From: Macrostomum lignano
Taxonomy: Eukaryota
NCBI GenBank assembly: GCA_002269645.1
Contig: NIVC01002931.1
Span: forward strand, 1 to 53,173
Direction of reading: 5' to 3'
DNA: 53,173 nt
Shown here in pieces: positions 1-11,224 of the stretch. Made by a program: the position numbers and the translations under genes. Each line of letters begins with the position of its first letter. Position 1 is the stretch's first letter. The notes below the pieces were generated by a model. It was given only the letters and a program-made list of their open reading frames with translations. It was not told where the DNA came from and did not search any database.

Positions 1-928
1 CAGAACACTACCAGAGAGCTAGCCATAAGCTACCAGAAACGCTACTAAACGCTACCAGAAATATTTAAATGAAATTTTAAGAAATAGTTAGGGAGTAAAA
101 CAAGTATAGTCAGGATAACTGTAGTGGCAAACAGGAATAACCCCTGTGACAACTTGGTGGCAGTTACTTAGAGGACAGAGAGAAAGCCCTATTACAACTA
201 TGTGCATACGTTGGAATTTTCATAGAGAGCCAAAAGGCCTGTTACAACTTGGTATCAGCAGTTGGGATTAATGATAAAGTAGGAGGTAAACACCTGTTAC
301 AGTGGCAATATTTCATGAATTTTTTTTTCATTTTTCATTTGAATTCATGCCAGTGCCAAGATTTAAATCAATGATTTGATTGATATGCTAAGAAGTAATG
401 CTACTTAGTAACTTCTACTAAGATAAGGCAAAAAATTCTATCTTATAAGTTATCTATGGCCCAAAAGGGTTGGTGTCTGATAATTGTTGAGTGGGAAAGG
501 AATAGAAAACTAGCAAACTACACCCCATTGTAGAGCCAAAGAAATGCAATACACATTTTTTAATAAGCTACATGTAGCCTGGAAATCATAAAAAAATCTC
601 TTGTCAAACTTCTAACCCTAACCTTAACCCTACCCATAACCCTAAATTTAATATTTTGTCCATGATTTTTCATATGACACTTCCATGATTTCCACATGAC
701 ACTTCTATTATTTTTGCATGATGCTTCTATGATAAACATTTTTAATAAGCTACATGAGCTGATATAAGTGTACCAGGGGTGCTTCCTGTACACTGAGAAT
801 CCCACCGTTATGTCACCAAAGTTGTAACAGGCCTTTTGGCTCTCTATAAGAATCTCAATCGCTGACACCAAAGTTGTCGTAGGGGTGACTTCTGTCCCTA
901 CAAATGATTTCACTGCTGTCACTAAAGT

Positions 929-1558
929 TGTTACAGGTGTGATTCCTTTTACTGTTCTTACTGTTTACTTACTGGTAGCGTCTGTACTTCTATTGTACTT
1001 TCGGGCCTGAGCGGTCTTTTTAGGCACTGTCTATCCTATTCTTATATTCCTCTAAAGATGTTATTCTCTCAGTCCTGGGCGTTCCCGGGATCAGAGGGTC
1101 ACAGCACACTTCGCTGGGTATTCTGCCCTGAGGCGGGTTTCTCAGGCTCTAAGCCTGGATTTCTCTACCCTGTGGTAGGATTTCTGCCTTTCTAAAGGCG
1201 GGTTACTAGACTTCTAAGTCTAGGATTTCTCGTTCTCTGAGAACGGACTAAGTTTCTCCCAATTTGGGGATCCTAATGCTGCTAAATAACTAAGTCAATA
1301 AGTATTAATCAAGCTTCAATCTTAGGATACTAGAACAGTTTTAAGCTTTGAAGCTATGCAACGAGGCAAGTTGCTCTCCTTCAGTTTCAGCTCGTATATT
1401 TATACTCCTCTTTTAGTTCATTTTAAACAAATAACATTTCATAATATTCATAATATTTACAATACTACTAATATTATACGCATTAAAACAAAAATAGTCT
1501 AATTTCAAACATACTACTTTCTAAGAAACAAGCAATCGCTAAGATAAGGCCTACCTCA
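929..1558 (-). mobile_element. possible LTR (TGAGG...TAACA on minus strand) followed by a tRNA-Leu-like primer-binding site
   Basis: Minus strand ends in ...CCTGTAACA, followed by ACTTTAGTGACAGCAGTGAAAT, resembling the tRNA-Leu PBS TGGTGGCAGCGGTGGGAT. AGTAAA-type motifs lie just upstream. The 5' boundary is a guess and no TSD was found. Confidence 0.35.
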
Positions 1559-1902
1559 TAAGCTACCCTAACCTTAGCCCTAGTCCAAATCTTAACGCTA
1601 TAACCCTAAACCCTAACACCAACCCTAACACTAACCCTATAGCCTGAAGTTTGTGAAGCACTAGTAGTATTTTTTAGCTTAGTATCTTAGCGTTGGTGAG
1701 CCAAAAATGCAGTATAAGTTTTGTAATAAACTACATATAGCATCTCTTTGCAATATACCTCAGCAGTCCCTTGTAAGCCTTGACATGTCAGTAATTCCCC
1801 ACAAGCTTTAACATATCAACTCCCCCCTTGACATCTCAGCGATGCCCCCTATATGCCTTGAAATCTAAAAAAATCTGTCAACCTTCTAACCCTAACCCTA
1901 GA

Positions 1903-2200
1903 CATACATGTGCAACAGTCGGCCGAGTCGGCCAATCTGGCCAACCGATTTGGCAGCCAATCAAGGAAGTCACAAAAATGCCCACCTGAAAAATACCAAA
2001 GTAGTACTACTAAGTAGCTGATGAGGCATTTTTACCTAATAAGACAGTCATAGTTACTTCTGCTGTTTACCCAAAGTTGCATTAATTTTGCTTTATGGTT
2101 TTTATTACATGTAAGTCACATTTTTGGCCAAAAACTACGTCGCATTTTTGTTAAAACTAAGTCGCATGGCCAACCGAATTTTGGAGGTTACGCATGTATG
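1903..2200. mobile_element. non-autonomous DNA transposon (MITE), hAT-like
   Basis: TIRs CATACATGTGCAAC / GTTACGCATGTATG; perfect 8-bp TSD ACCCTAGA at 1895-1902 and 2201-2208. Confidence 0.8.
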
Positions 2201-2994
2201 ACCCTAGAGCATTGACATTTTAGTAATTCTCTCCAAGAGTCATTATAGCACTATTACAGCATTATAGCGACTCCCTGCAAGCCTCAACATTGTAGGGATT
2301 CCCAAATGAATCTCTTAACTTCAATATGAAGCTTATTTTATTTTTTACATTACACTTCTTCTATCAGCAATCCCTCCCCTGAGGAGGCAACAAATAATGT
2401 AATAAAAAGTTTTGAATAAACTACATGTAGCTTCTGACTTTAGCCTTGACATCTTAGCTATTCCTCCCATAAGCCTTGACATGTCAACAATGCCCCCATA
2501 AACCTTGAAATCTGAAAAATCCCCTGTTAACCTTGAAACCCATTAAAATCTAACCTTCAACCTAAAACCTGACCTAAATCTAACTTTAACCCAACCTAAA
2601 GCCTTGAAATCTCAGCAATTCTTCTCCCGTAAGCCTTGACATTTTAGTGATTCCTTCTTTAAAAATCACAGCACTATAACAATTCTCTCCAAGCCTTGAT
2701 GTCATAGCAATTCCCAAATGAATATTTTAACTTCGACATGACTCTTCTTTTATGTATACATAATGCTTCTTTTCTTTTTTACATGACTTCTTCTATCAGC
2801 CCCCCCCTGTGGCGAGCCAACAAAGAATGTAATCAAAATTGAGTAAACTATATGTACTTGGAAGTAGCATCTGACTTTTGCTTTGACATCTCAGAAACCC
2901 ACCCCCCCATAGTCTCAGTTATTCTCCATGACCCTTGACATCTCAGTAATTCTCCCCAACACAGCACTATAGCTTCATTTAATTTTTACATTAC

Positions 2995-3528
2995 ACTTCT
3001 TTCATGTCTGACATGATGTTTCTATGATTGTTTATATGACGCTTCTATGATTGTTTGCATGATGCTTCTATGATTGTTTACATGATGCTTCTATGATTTT
3101 TACATGACGCTTCTATGATTGTTTACATGATGCTTCTATGATTGTTTATATGACACTTCTATGATTTTTACATGACGCTTCTATGATTGTTTGCATGTCT
3201 ATGATTTTTACATGACGCTTCTATGATTTTTACATGATGCTTCTATGATTGTTTACATGATGCTTCTATGATTTTTACATGACGCTTCTATGATTGTTTA
3301 CATGATGCTTCTATGATTGTTTATATGACACTTCTATGATTTTTACATGACGCTTCTATGATTGTTTGCATGTCTGTGATTTTTACATGATGCTTCTATG
3401 ATTATTTACACAATGCTTCTATGATTGTTTAGATGATGCTTCTATGATTGTTTAGATGATGCTTCTATGATTGTTTATATGATGCTTCTATGATTGTTTA
3501 TATGACATTTCTATGATTTTTTACATGA
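2995..3528. repeat. minisatellite, 22-23 bp unit
   Basis: tandem CATGATGCTTCTATGATTGTTTA and variants. Confidence 0.95.
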
Positions 3529-3564
3529 GACCTTTAGTCCTTTATTAGTCTTAATAAAAGCTTT

Positions 3565-4130
3565 CAATAAAAAATTTTCACTACTAAGATTTAAAACCCA
3601 GGTCGCTGCATTAGCAGTCCAGTCTGTTCACATCTAGGCTAGCTCTTATCCAATTTATAAATAAAATTGTAGCACTTAATTCAACACTCACTCATGAAGC
3701 AGTTATGACAATCAATTTCTCAGGCAAGTCAGTATCAGCCTCAATTAAAGTTGAAAATATGGTTATGAAATATAAATCAAGTCTAGTGCTATATGCTTCC
3801 ACACTATGTTTTCAACACTGTGATGCAATTGAACTCAGTGTCAAAATTCAGCCAGTATACAGACGATAAATAAAAAGCTTATGTGATGTAATCTCTTTCA
3901 GAATCAGAATTCAACCAGTCAGTTTCTTCTCTAGCATTCTTACAATGCATTTCAAGTCAAAAAGTTTGCTTGACCTTACAAAAAGCATGTTTTTTGAATA
4001 TTTAATCCTTTTAGCATTGAGCAATTTTTAGCCAAGACACATGTACCATCACAGGAAAATTTCTGATCGAACAATGTAAGTCTCATAAAAAAAATCACAA
4101 GCAAGCAAGATTTTCATTTTTAGTATAGAG
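3565..4130 (+). repeat. dispersed repeat copy 1 (about 560 bp), direct copy at 6460-7045
   Basis: shared colinear blocks CACTACTAAGATT..., CATTAGCAGTCCAGTCTGTTCACATCTAGGCTA, TCAGAATCAGAATTCAA, TCTAGCATTCTTACAATGCATTTCA, CATTTTTAGTATA. Confidence 0.85.
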
Positions 4131-4235
4131 GACTAGCAATCTTTGCCCCCCGATGGGGGACATCTAGATAAATCTTTGTTCTTTACAAGTAACAAATAGA
4201 CAACGAAAAAACAACAAATATTTCCTCTAAAAAGA

Positions 4236-5110
4236 AAATATCCCAAGATAGCAAGCATCCCCAGACAGCATGCAAGCATCCCCAGACAGCATGCAAGCAT
4301 CCCAAGACAGCATGCAAGTATCTCCCAGATAGCAAGCATCCCCCATGTTGGGCCTGGTGCGTAGGGTTGGGGTGCTCTTTTACTCTGTGTATTGTTTGTG
4401 TTCTTAACTCTTTGTGTGTACTCATGGTCCGTGGCTCACGCTCTTTGCACGTCTCTGCTCTATTGTGATTTTAATGTACATTGTTGGTGTTATAGCCCTG
4501 GGGTAGGGTGGCTACTATTGAACCTTGCTTGTAATAAATTGTATCGTTCGTTGTTGGTGCTCTTGGCACTTTTGTCTTGTCTTGCATACTCTCAGCTCAT
4601 GACTTGTTCATTTCAACACCCCAGACAGCAAGCATCCCCTAGATAGCAAGCATCCCCCGAATAGCAAGCATCCACCAGACAGCAAGAATCCTTCCAGATA
4701 GCAAGAATCCCTCCAGATAGCAAGCATCTCTATATACAAAGAATACTTATAGATAGCTATTGCAAGTTGCAACCCCCTCTCAAATAGAAAGTACCCTCCA
4801 CCCCGAGAGCAAGCATCCTCCAATATTAAGTTACATGCTTGGGCACAACCTAGGGATTCACCTGGCCTTTTCTATTGGCAACACACACGTAAGTTGCTAT
4901 TGGACAGAATAGTAATCACGTGACTGCTCTCAGCCAATAGCGACTTACATGTGTGTGTTGCCAATAGAAATGGCCGAGTGATTTCCAAGGTTGCGCATGT
5001 ATGTTAAGTTACCCCAGATAGCAAGCATCCTCCAATATTAAGTTAACCCAGATAGCAAGCATCCCCCTGATAGCAATAATCTATCCTTAAATAGCAAGCA
5101 TCTACCAAGA
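4236..5110. repeat. degenerate 18/21-bp minisatellite patches (CCCAGATAGCAAGCATC core) at about 4236-4342, 4620-4730 and 5012-5110
   Basis: visible tandem units; source of ORFs 4133..4339, 4183..4425 and 4608..4823. Confidence 0.85.
4834..5003. mobile_element. palindromic MITE, same TIR family as 1903-2200
   Basis: Right end AGGTTGCGCATGTATG; degenerate left end CATGCTTGGGCACAACCT; 8-bp TSD TTAAGTTA at 4826-4833 and 5004-5011; about 35-bp near-perfect internal inverted arms. Confidence 0.75.
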
Positions 5111-5149
5111 CAACAAGTAGCTAGTGCAATAATATCCTTAGCTTTACAG

Positions 5150-5392
5150 TGGCTCCTTTATGTTTGGCATGAAGCTTCTTTTTACAGTTGAAATGGTGGC
5201 TCTTTAATGTTTGACATGGTGGCTCTTTAATGTCTGACATGGAGTCATATATATGTTTGACATGGAGTCATGTATATGTCTGACATGGTAGCTCTTTAAT
5301 GTTTGACATAGAGCCACATATATGTTTGACATGAAGTCACGTATGTGTTTGACATGCAGTCATGTATATGTTTGGCATGGAGTCACATATAT
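5150..5392. repeat. minisatellite, about 23 bp unit (resumes at 6398-6440)
   Basis: TGTTTGACATGGAGTCATGTATA / TGTTTGACATGGTGGCTCTTTAA units. Confidence 0.9.
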
Positions 5393-6397
5393 TGTGGCAG
5401 GTGGCTGCCCCTGTTTCTTTAATATTTATTTTTGCAGTTTTAAAACTTTCAAAATTCAAAATTGATGTTTCACGTTAAGTGCACATTTCCCAAGCCGGGA
5501 CAGTTTTTTCGAAAAGTTATCACGCACCCCATCCCGCTATGGGATTTCTTTAATTCCCATCCAGTGTAAGTGTTTCCCTCCGTATGCCCCCTTTCGTATC
5601 ACGCTTAATTGTATGTTTTGTTACTCTGCCGCCGCTGGACCAAACGCGTATGTGTAATTTTCTTTATTCTGGTCCAGCCGCAGATTTTGCTCATTTTTTT
5701 GCTTATATACGAGTATGTGTGAGTTTATGTTTTTTTAACCTTTCTCGGCTCCACTTACGTCCGTTTTGTTTTTTTCTTTGCCTATCTTAGTTGTATAAGT
5801 TTTGGTCAATTTATTAGTTAATTAGTCGTCGCACCACGGCACGCCGAGTCCATCTCCATCAATAATTAAATAATCTATCAGTTATCCTGCTCAAACCAAT
5901 AAATAAAATTAATATTCCGCCAATTTATTAATATTCATTCGTTGACATTAGGCCATAGCCTATCTTGAGTCTTTTGCCCGTGGGGCGTTAAATAACCAAG
6001 TTTTCTCAGCTCAAAGAAAGCTCAGAGACTGATTCGTTTCCGTAATACGTAAATTACGGTGGTGGCAGCTCTACCCTACTGAAAGTAACAAGCTCAGCAA
6101 ATCGACACATTAATTTACGGTGTCTGTTTCTCCGGTGTTTCATTGCTTTGAACGACCACGCCGCTACACGACCGCTCCGCTACGACTGCAACTACCCTCC
6201 CCCCGGACTTGAGGACCCGGCTGTCGGAGTACAACAGGAGAAGAAATTTTGTTGTGATTCGTCTGCGCGTTTTTCCGGTTTTATTCGTGCAAACTCAACG
6301 CTGGCGGCAATTCAAACGAGGAATCCGCCCCACCTCACTGGTGTCTGCAAATTCAAAACAACCGTGCAAGAAAAGATCCTTCTCCACCCCCACCTCA
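5393..6397. mobile_element. probable solo LTR (Gypsy-like) inserted in the satellite
   Basis: TGTGG...CCTCA termini (TG...CA with short inverted match); 4-bp TSD ATAT (5389-5392, 6398-6401); satellite continues on both sides; internal AATAAA. Confidence 0.6.
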
Positions 6398-6459
6398 ATA
6401 TGTTTTACATGGTGGCTCTTTTATGTTTGACATGGTATCGCTTCAATGTTTTTAGGGCA

Positions 6460-7045
6460 TTTTAATAAAAAATTATTTTGCACTACTAAGATTTGAACCT
6501 AGGTCACTACATTAGCAGTCCAGTCTGTTCACATCTAGGCTATCTCTTTTCAATTCGAAAACATGAATTGTGGCCCTTATAATTCAATACTTACAGTAAG
6601 TTGGTTAGAGTAAAATGTTATGATATAATAAATTTCTCAGTCAGCCAGTATCAGTCTCAATTCAAGTTAACAATATTGGTTACGCAATTTAAATCAAGTC
6701 GTGTGTACATTTCTTTGGCACTGTTTTCAACTACATCTTCTGAAGATTGCATCTTCTGATAAAGATGCAATCTTTATCAGAATCAGAATTCAATGAGTCA
6801 GTTTTTTTCTAGCATTCTTACAATGCATTTCAGGTCAAAAGAACTGCTTGACCTTTGCAAAAAAGCATGTTTTTTTATATTTAATCCCTTTAACATTGAG
6901 CAATTTCTTAGCCAAGATGCATGTACCATCCCAGGAAAATTTCTGATTGAATGGTGAAAGTTTGAAAAAATTGGTTGGGCCATTTTTTCTCTAATCAATC
7001 GTATACCTATATACATACAGAAACTCATTTTTAGTATATAGGATT
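6460..7045 (+). repeat. dispersed repeat copy 2
   Basis: colinear similarity to 3565-4130. Confidence 0.85.
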
Positions 7046-7176
7046 TTTTACCAAATATATTTCTTCTAAAGCAAAAAGCTTGCTAACCATCAGTGTGTCA
7101 ACCATTGCCTATATTTTGTAGACCCAAATTACCCAACCCTAAATACAAACACCATTGAGAATATATGGGCTCATTG

Positions 7177-7794
7177 CCATAGTGTGGAAGGATTTCTGTA
7201 TACGACGGAAGGTAAATTTTCATTTCGGCTTGTTGTACGACAGTACAACAGGGATTGGAAAATGGTACTAGTGTTGTACGACAGAGTTAGAGTTTAAGGA
7301 AGTGCTGTATGACAAAAATTCTTGATATTGCGTTTTTTCAATATGCAAAAATAAAACAACAGATATATTGTACTTTTCTGCTTGCAATGTCAAGTATAGT
7401 TTTGCGCCAATAAAATTGAATTAAGAGTTTGTACGAATATAATACTGATAATTTAAATTACTCTTTGAGTGGAAAAGTGCAATTATTGAATTTTTACTTC
7501 TTTGCTTCAACGCAATACATTAACAACGACGTTATGAGTTAGTTACGAGACTACGAGTATCTGGTACTGGTGTCTCTGATTGTCCATCAAAGGAATACTA
7601 TGTCTATACTTCACGTATGAGTCGTATGACATTGACAAGTGTACAACAGACAGACATGTAACAAGTTTACATGTACGACAGTGTACGACATAGCGCCCCC
7701 CAAAAATTAGCGATGTACGACATGTACGACAGGCGATCCCTGTGTACGACGGAGATTTCTGGCGTAGGCCTATACCCGTCCTTCTGCACTATGG
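7177..7794. mobile_element. non-autonomous TIR element, CCATAG-terminus family
   Basis: TIRs CCATAGTGTGGAAGGA / reverse complement CCATAGTGCAGAAGGA; 8-bp TSD GCTCATTG (7169-7176, 7795-7802); subterminal GTACGACA repeats. Confidence 0.8.
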
Positions 7795-7898
7795 GCTCAT
7801 TGCAAGGCCAAGTTCTGGCAACTTTAAGGGACTTCAAGTGAGCTCTTCAAGTCCTATGGCTATATTCATATGGCAGAGTGCGCATGGAGATCTAGAAG

Positions 7899-8592
7899 CC
7901 ATACTCAGGAAGGTGGCCTGCACGCGGGAATTTTCCCGCGTGCACAAGCCACGCTAAAATTTTGGCGTGCAAAGTTGGCGTGCAAATAGGGGTCTCAAGC
8001 CACGCCTAAATTTTCAGCGTACAAGTTTTTTATTTGGCGTATAACCTTGGCGTGCAATTACAAACTGACAGTATATCAATAAGTCAGATATAGATGTATA
8101 CACATAATATATATACAATATATAAAGTTAAACGTGAACAATTGAATTTGAATATTGATTAAACCAACTAGTTGAGGCTACAGCCAGGCCTACACTCTAC
8201 AGCCTACATTAAAATTAAAATATCCAATAACTTTTATATGCTTTTATTTTGTGACTCTTGTAGACTTTTAGTTTATTTGTTTCTTGAAATTTGAAGAAAA
8301 AGTTTTTGATACTCACTATGTTCTTTGTAGTGAATTTCCTTTTTTTATATAAACTTTGTTTAACATAAGTAGAAAATTTATTTAAAAATAGTATCTAATA
8401 CGGTTAATATTCAAATCACACGTACATGAGGTGTACATGATTTTTGGTATTCAAGATTTTTGGCATGCAATAGAAACGTCATGTTTTAAAACAAAAACGT
8501 CAGGGTTTTAAAAATTTGGCGTACATTGGCGTGCACCAAGGATTTTTCCATAAATTGATTCCCGTGTGCACTTGCCACCTTCCTGACTATGG
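7899..8592. mobile_element. non-autonomous TIR element, CCATAG-terminus family
   Basis: TIRs CCATACTCAGGAAGGTGGC / reverse complement CCATAGTCAGGAAGGTGGC; 8-bp TSD TCTAGAAG (7891-7898, 8593-8600); subterminal TTGGCGTGCA repeats. Confidence 0.85.
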
Positions 8593-10981
8593 TCTAGAAG
8601 TAGTATTTGCTAAATGCAACATCCTGTATTAGATCTGTCATTAATATTAATAATGATTGATCCGTAGCTCTATATATACTAATTCGCTATGAACTATTTT
8701 TTTGGTTTATAGTTATGTTTATTGTTATAAACAAACCAATAAATATTTTACATGTTATAACAGTTCCTTGTACTCCTAGGACAAAAGTAAGAAAATAAAA
8801 TGTTAGGATATAAAATAAATTATTAGGCCTACTTTAGCCAAGTTCAAAAGAAAAATAATTTTGCAAATGAAACTGACTAGTGCCATAAATTATTATACTG
8901 TAATTATAACTACTGCTGTAATAATAAAAAATAAAAGCATTATCTAGATTATACTTATAGCTATCAAAAAAATATTTTTAATTAATTTATCATTTCTGAC
9001 TCATTTAAATTTTAAATTTACCTTATTACACAAGCGTTTATTTACAAATCAAACTAGGCCTAGGCCGCCTAGCATATTCTATTTGATACATATTTGAATC
9101 TGCATTCATATGCTGTGCAGTGGCCGTGCAGGTAGCTTAGTGTAGCTAACTGCTAACATCCTCATAAATGCTATTGGAAATTGTCTGGCGGATTATAACA
9201 TGCAATTGCTGAATGATTAGCCTATGATAAGCTGAATTCATCACTAGCAGATTCGCCATACGTCAGATACTACGGTCACGGACGATTATTTGTTTGACAA
9301 ATTGAAAATTGAAAATTGTACATTGTACAATAATTTACGATAAGCTAATACAAACCCAAAATGAAATAACCTAAATTCACCATTACTCAGTAAATTACCC
9401 AGATAGACCTAATATCACGTTTGAATAGAATTATCGATCAGGTGGTGCGAATTGTCATTGTGAATATGTATGAATATACCCTCGGCCACAGTTTTAGCTC
9501 GAACGATGTCGTCGATGATTATATTTTTTCTAAGAAAACGACGACTTATTCAGAAATCAAAAACGTTTCGTTACTTACGCTTTTCTAAGAGTTGTGTAAC
9601 GTGCGACTTTTTAATTAATTTACCGTTGCTAGATTGCAGTGGCAACAGTATTGTCGTTGCCAGACACATGGGTCCTGGTCCACGTCATCAGACAACACTC
9701 CTATTTAACTGTCACAATTTGAACGCCGAGCATGACTGACCGGCGACCAGAACTCGGGCCGACCAAACCTAAATCGTTGGCTACTTGACTTCAATGGTAT
9801 AGCTGGTTGTCCCTCATATCAGCTGATTGGCTCAGAACTTCAAACGCAAAATTGACTTGACTTTGGTATTTTACTCTCATCCCTACTTTTGAAGGTTTAG
9901 ATATTTATTGTATGAAAAAGTAGCTTTACATGTATATCATCATGATCCTTAACAAGATAAATTAGGTGGCTTTCTTCTATTTTAATCTTAAGCTAACGAA
10001 TTGGGCTGACTGACCGGGGCTAATATATTTAAAATTATTCGAAAGCGAGATAGTATACGTTAATAAATGTGCTTTTGCAAGCTATATACAGAAAGGGCTT
10101 AGACAAAAATTAAAGCATATGATACAATAAAAAATACAGTTTTTATAACAAAAATTAGAACTACAAAAGCCGCGTGTGGGACAATGCGAGTGTCAAACAT
10201 AATACAAGCAGTGATAATTCTGATAAATATTGGTCAGTGCCTAGCTCAACGGAACAATAATTTAAGAACTGATTGAATAACATTTCAACAAGAACTTAAG
10301 GAAATTTGAACGCAAAACAAGAATGTGATTTTTACCTTTCACAATAAAAAATGTACGCAACTGTTAACGCAATAGGTTGCTTGCAAACATTCCAAACAAT
10401 TCAAACAAATTTTGAAACAGCAAAGCGGTTAAAATCACGACACGATTTGATAAGTTTAACAACTCGATGGGAAATACAAAGGATGCATAAATAATATCTA
10501 CCCGCTAAGCATTTAGTAGCTGAATTCCGCTGCTTACTGCACAGTGCACATATCTTTGCGTACAAAACACCGCCCGAGCCATTGCCATGGATCGAGTTGA
10601 AATGCATGCAATAAATTTTTTTCTAGCCCCAAGAAACATGAATTTGTTCTTTTTCAGTTATATCAACTCTCGACATAATTAAGACTCAGTTATGTCTTTG
10701 TATAGCCAGTGAATAAGGATTGTTCCAAATGCCTTGATGAAGATATCAATATTACAATTGTTTAAAGATATCTATGACAGGTATATCATACCTATTATGT
10801 ATTCGATTAAGCCAGGTTCATTTGACAGTTGTCTGTTAAGATGAATATTTGAAATTAATATTCCTTATTTGACTCATTTCTCTTGGTTTCCCGAACAAAC
10901 GCACAACAGTTGATATATATATATATTATATAAATTTTTTAAAATGAAATTGTCCCGCATCATTCAAAAAAATAATAAGAC

Positions 10982-11098
10982 TCATTCATCGTCGCCATCA
11001 TCGTCGTCATCGGCGGCGTCGTGATTGGCGGCGGCGCTGTCGTCTGGCCTGGGGCGCTTTGTTGGGACGAAGGTGCCTTGCCTGTACTGGTTCATCTC
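10982..11098 (-). CDS. HMGB: HMGB-type protein, last coding exon (end of box B plus short acidic tail, EMNQYRQG...DDDDDGDDE*)
   Basis: Acceptor CTCGCAG at 11099-11100, phase 0 to the upstream exon; TGA at 10982-10984. Confidence 0.93.
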   Translation of the reverse strand, partial: EMNQYRQGTFVPTKRPRPDDSAAANHDAADDDDDGDDE

Positions 11099-11224
11099 CT
11101 GCGAGCGAGGACAAAGCAAAGGCGGGTTGATGTATTTAGATCTGCGATTAAAAATCAGTTTAATACTGATGTACAGTACTTTAAGTAGTTGTTAAGCATC
11201 AGATCTATTAAAAATATGACTTAC

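Noticed and set aside
1102-1268. Hammerhead ribozyme explanation for the hairpin array
   Set aside because: No CUGANGA...GAAA core in the correct arrangement on either strand.
9440-9760. Possible small minus-strand gene with a 49-nt GTAAGT...CTTAG intron (9530-9578)
   Set aside because: The spliced frame stops after three codons and no family was recognised; it could be a UTR or error-affected exon but is unsupported.
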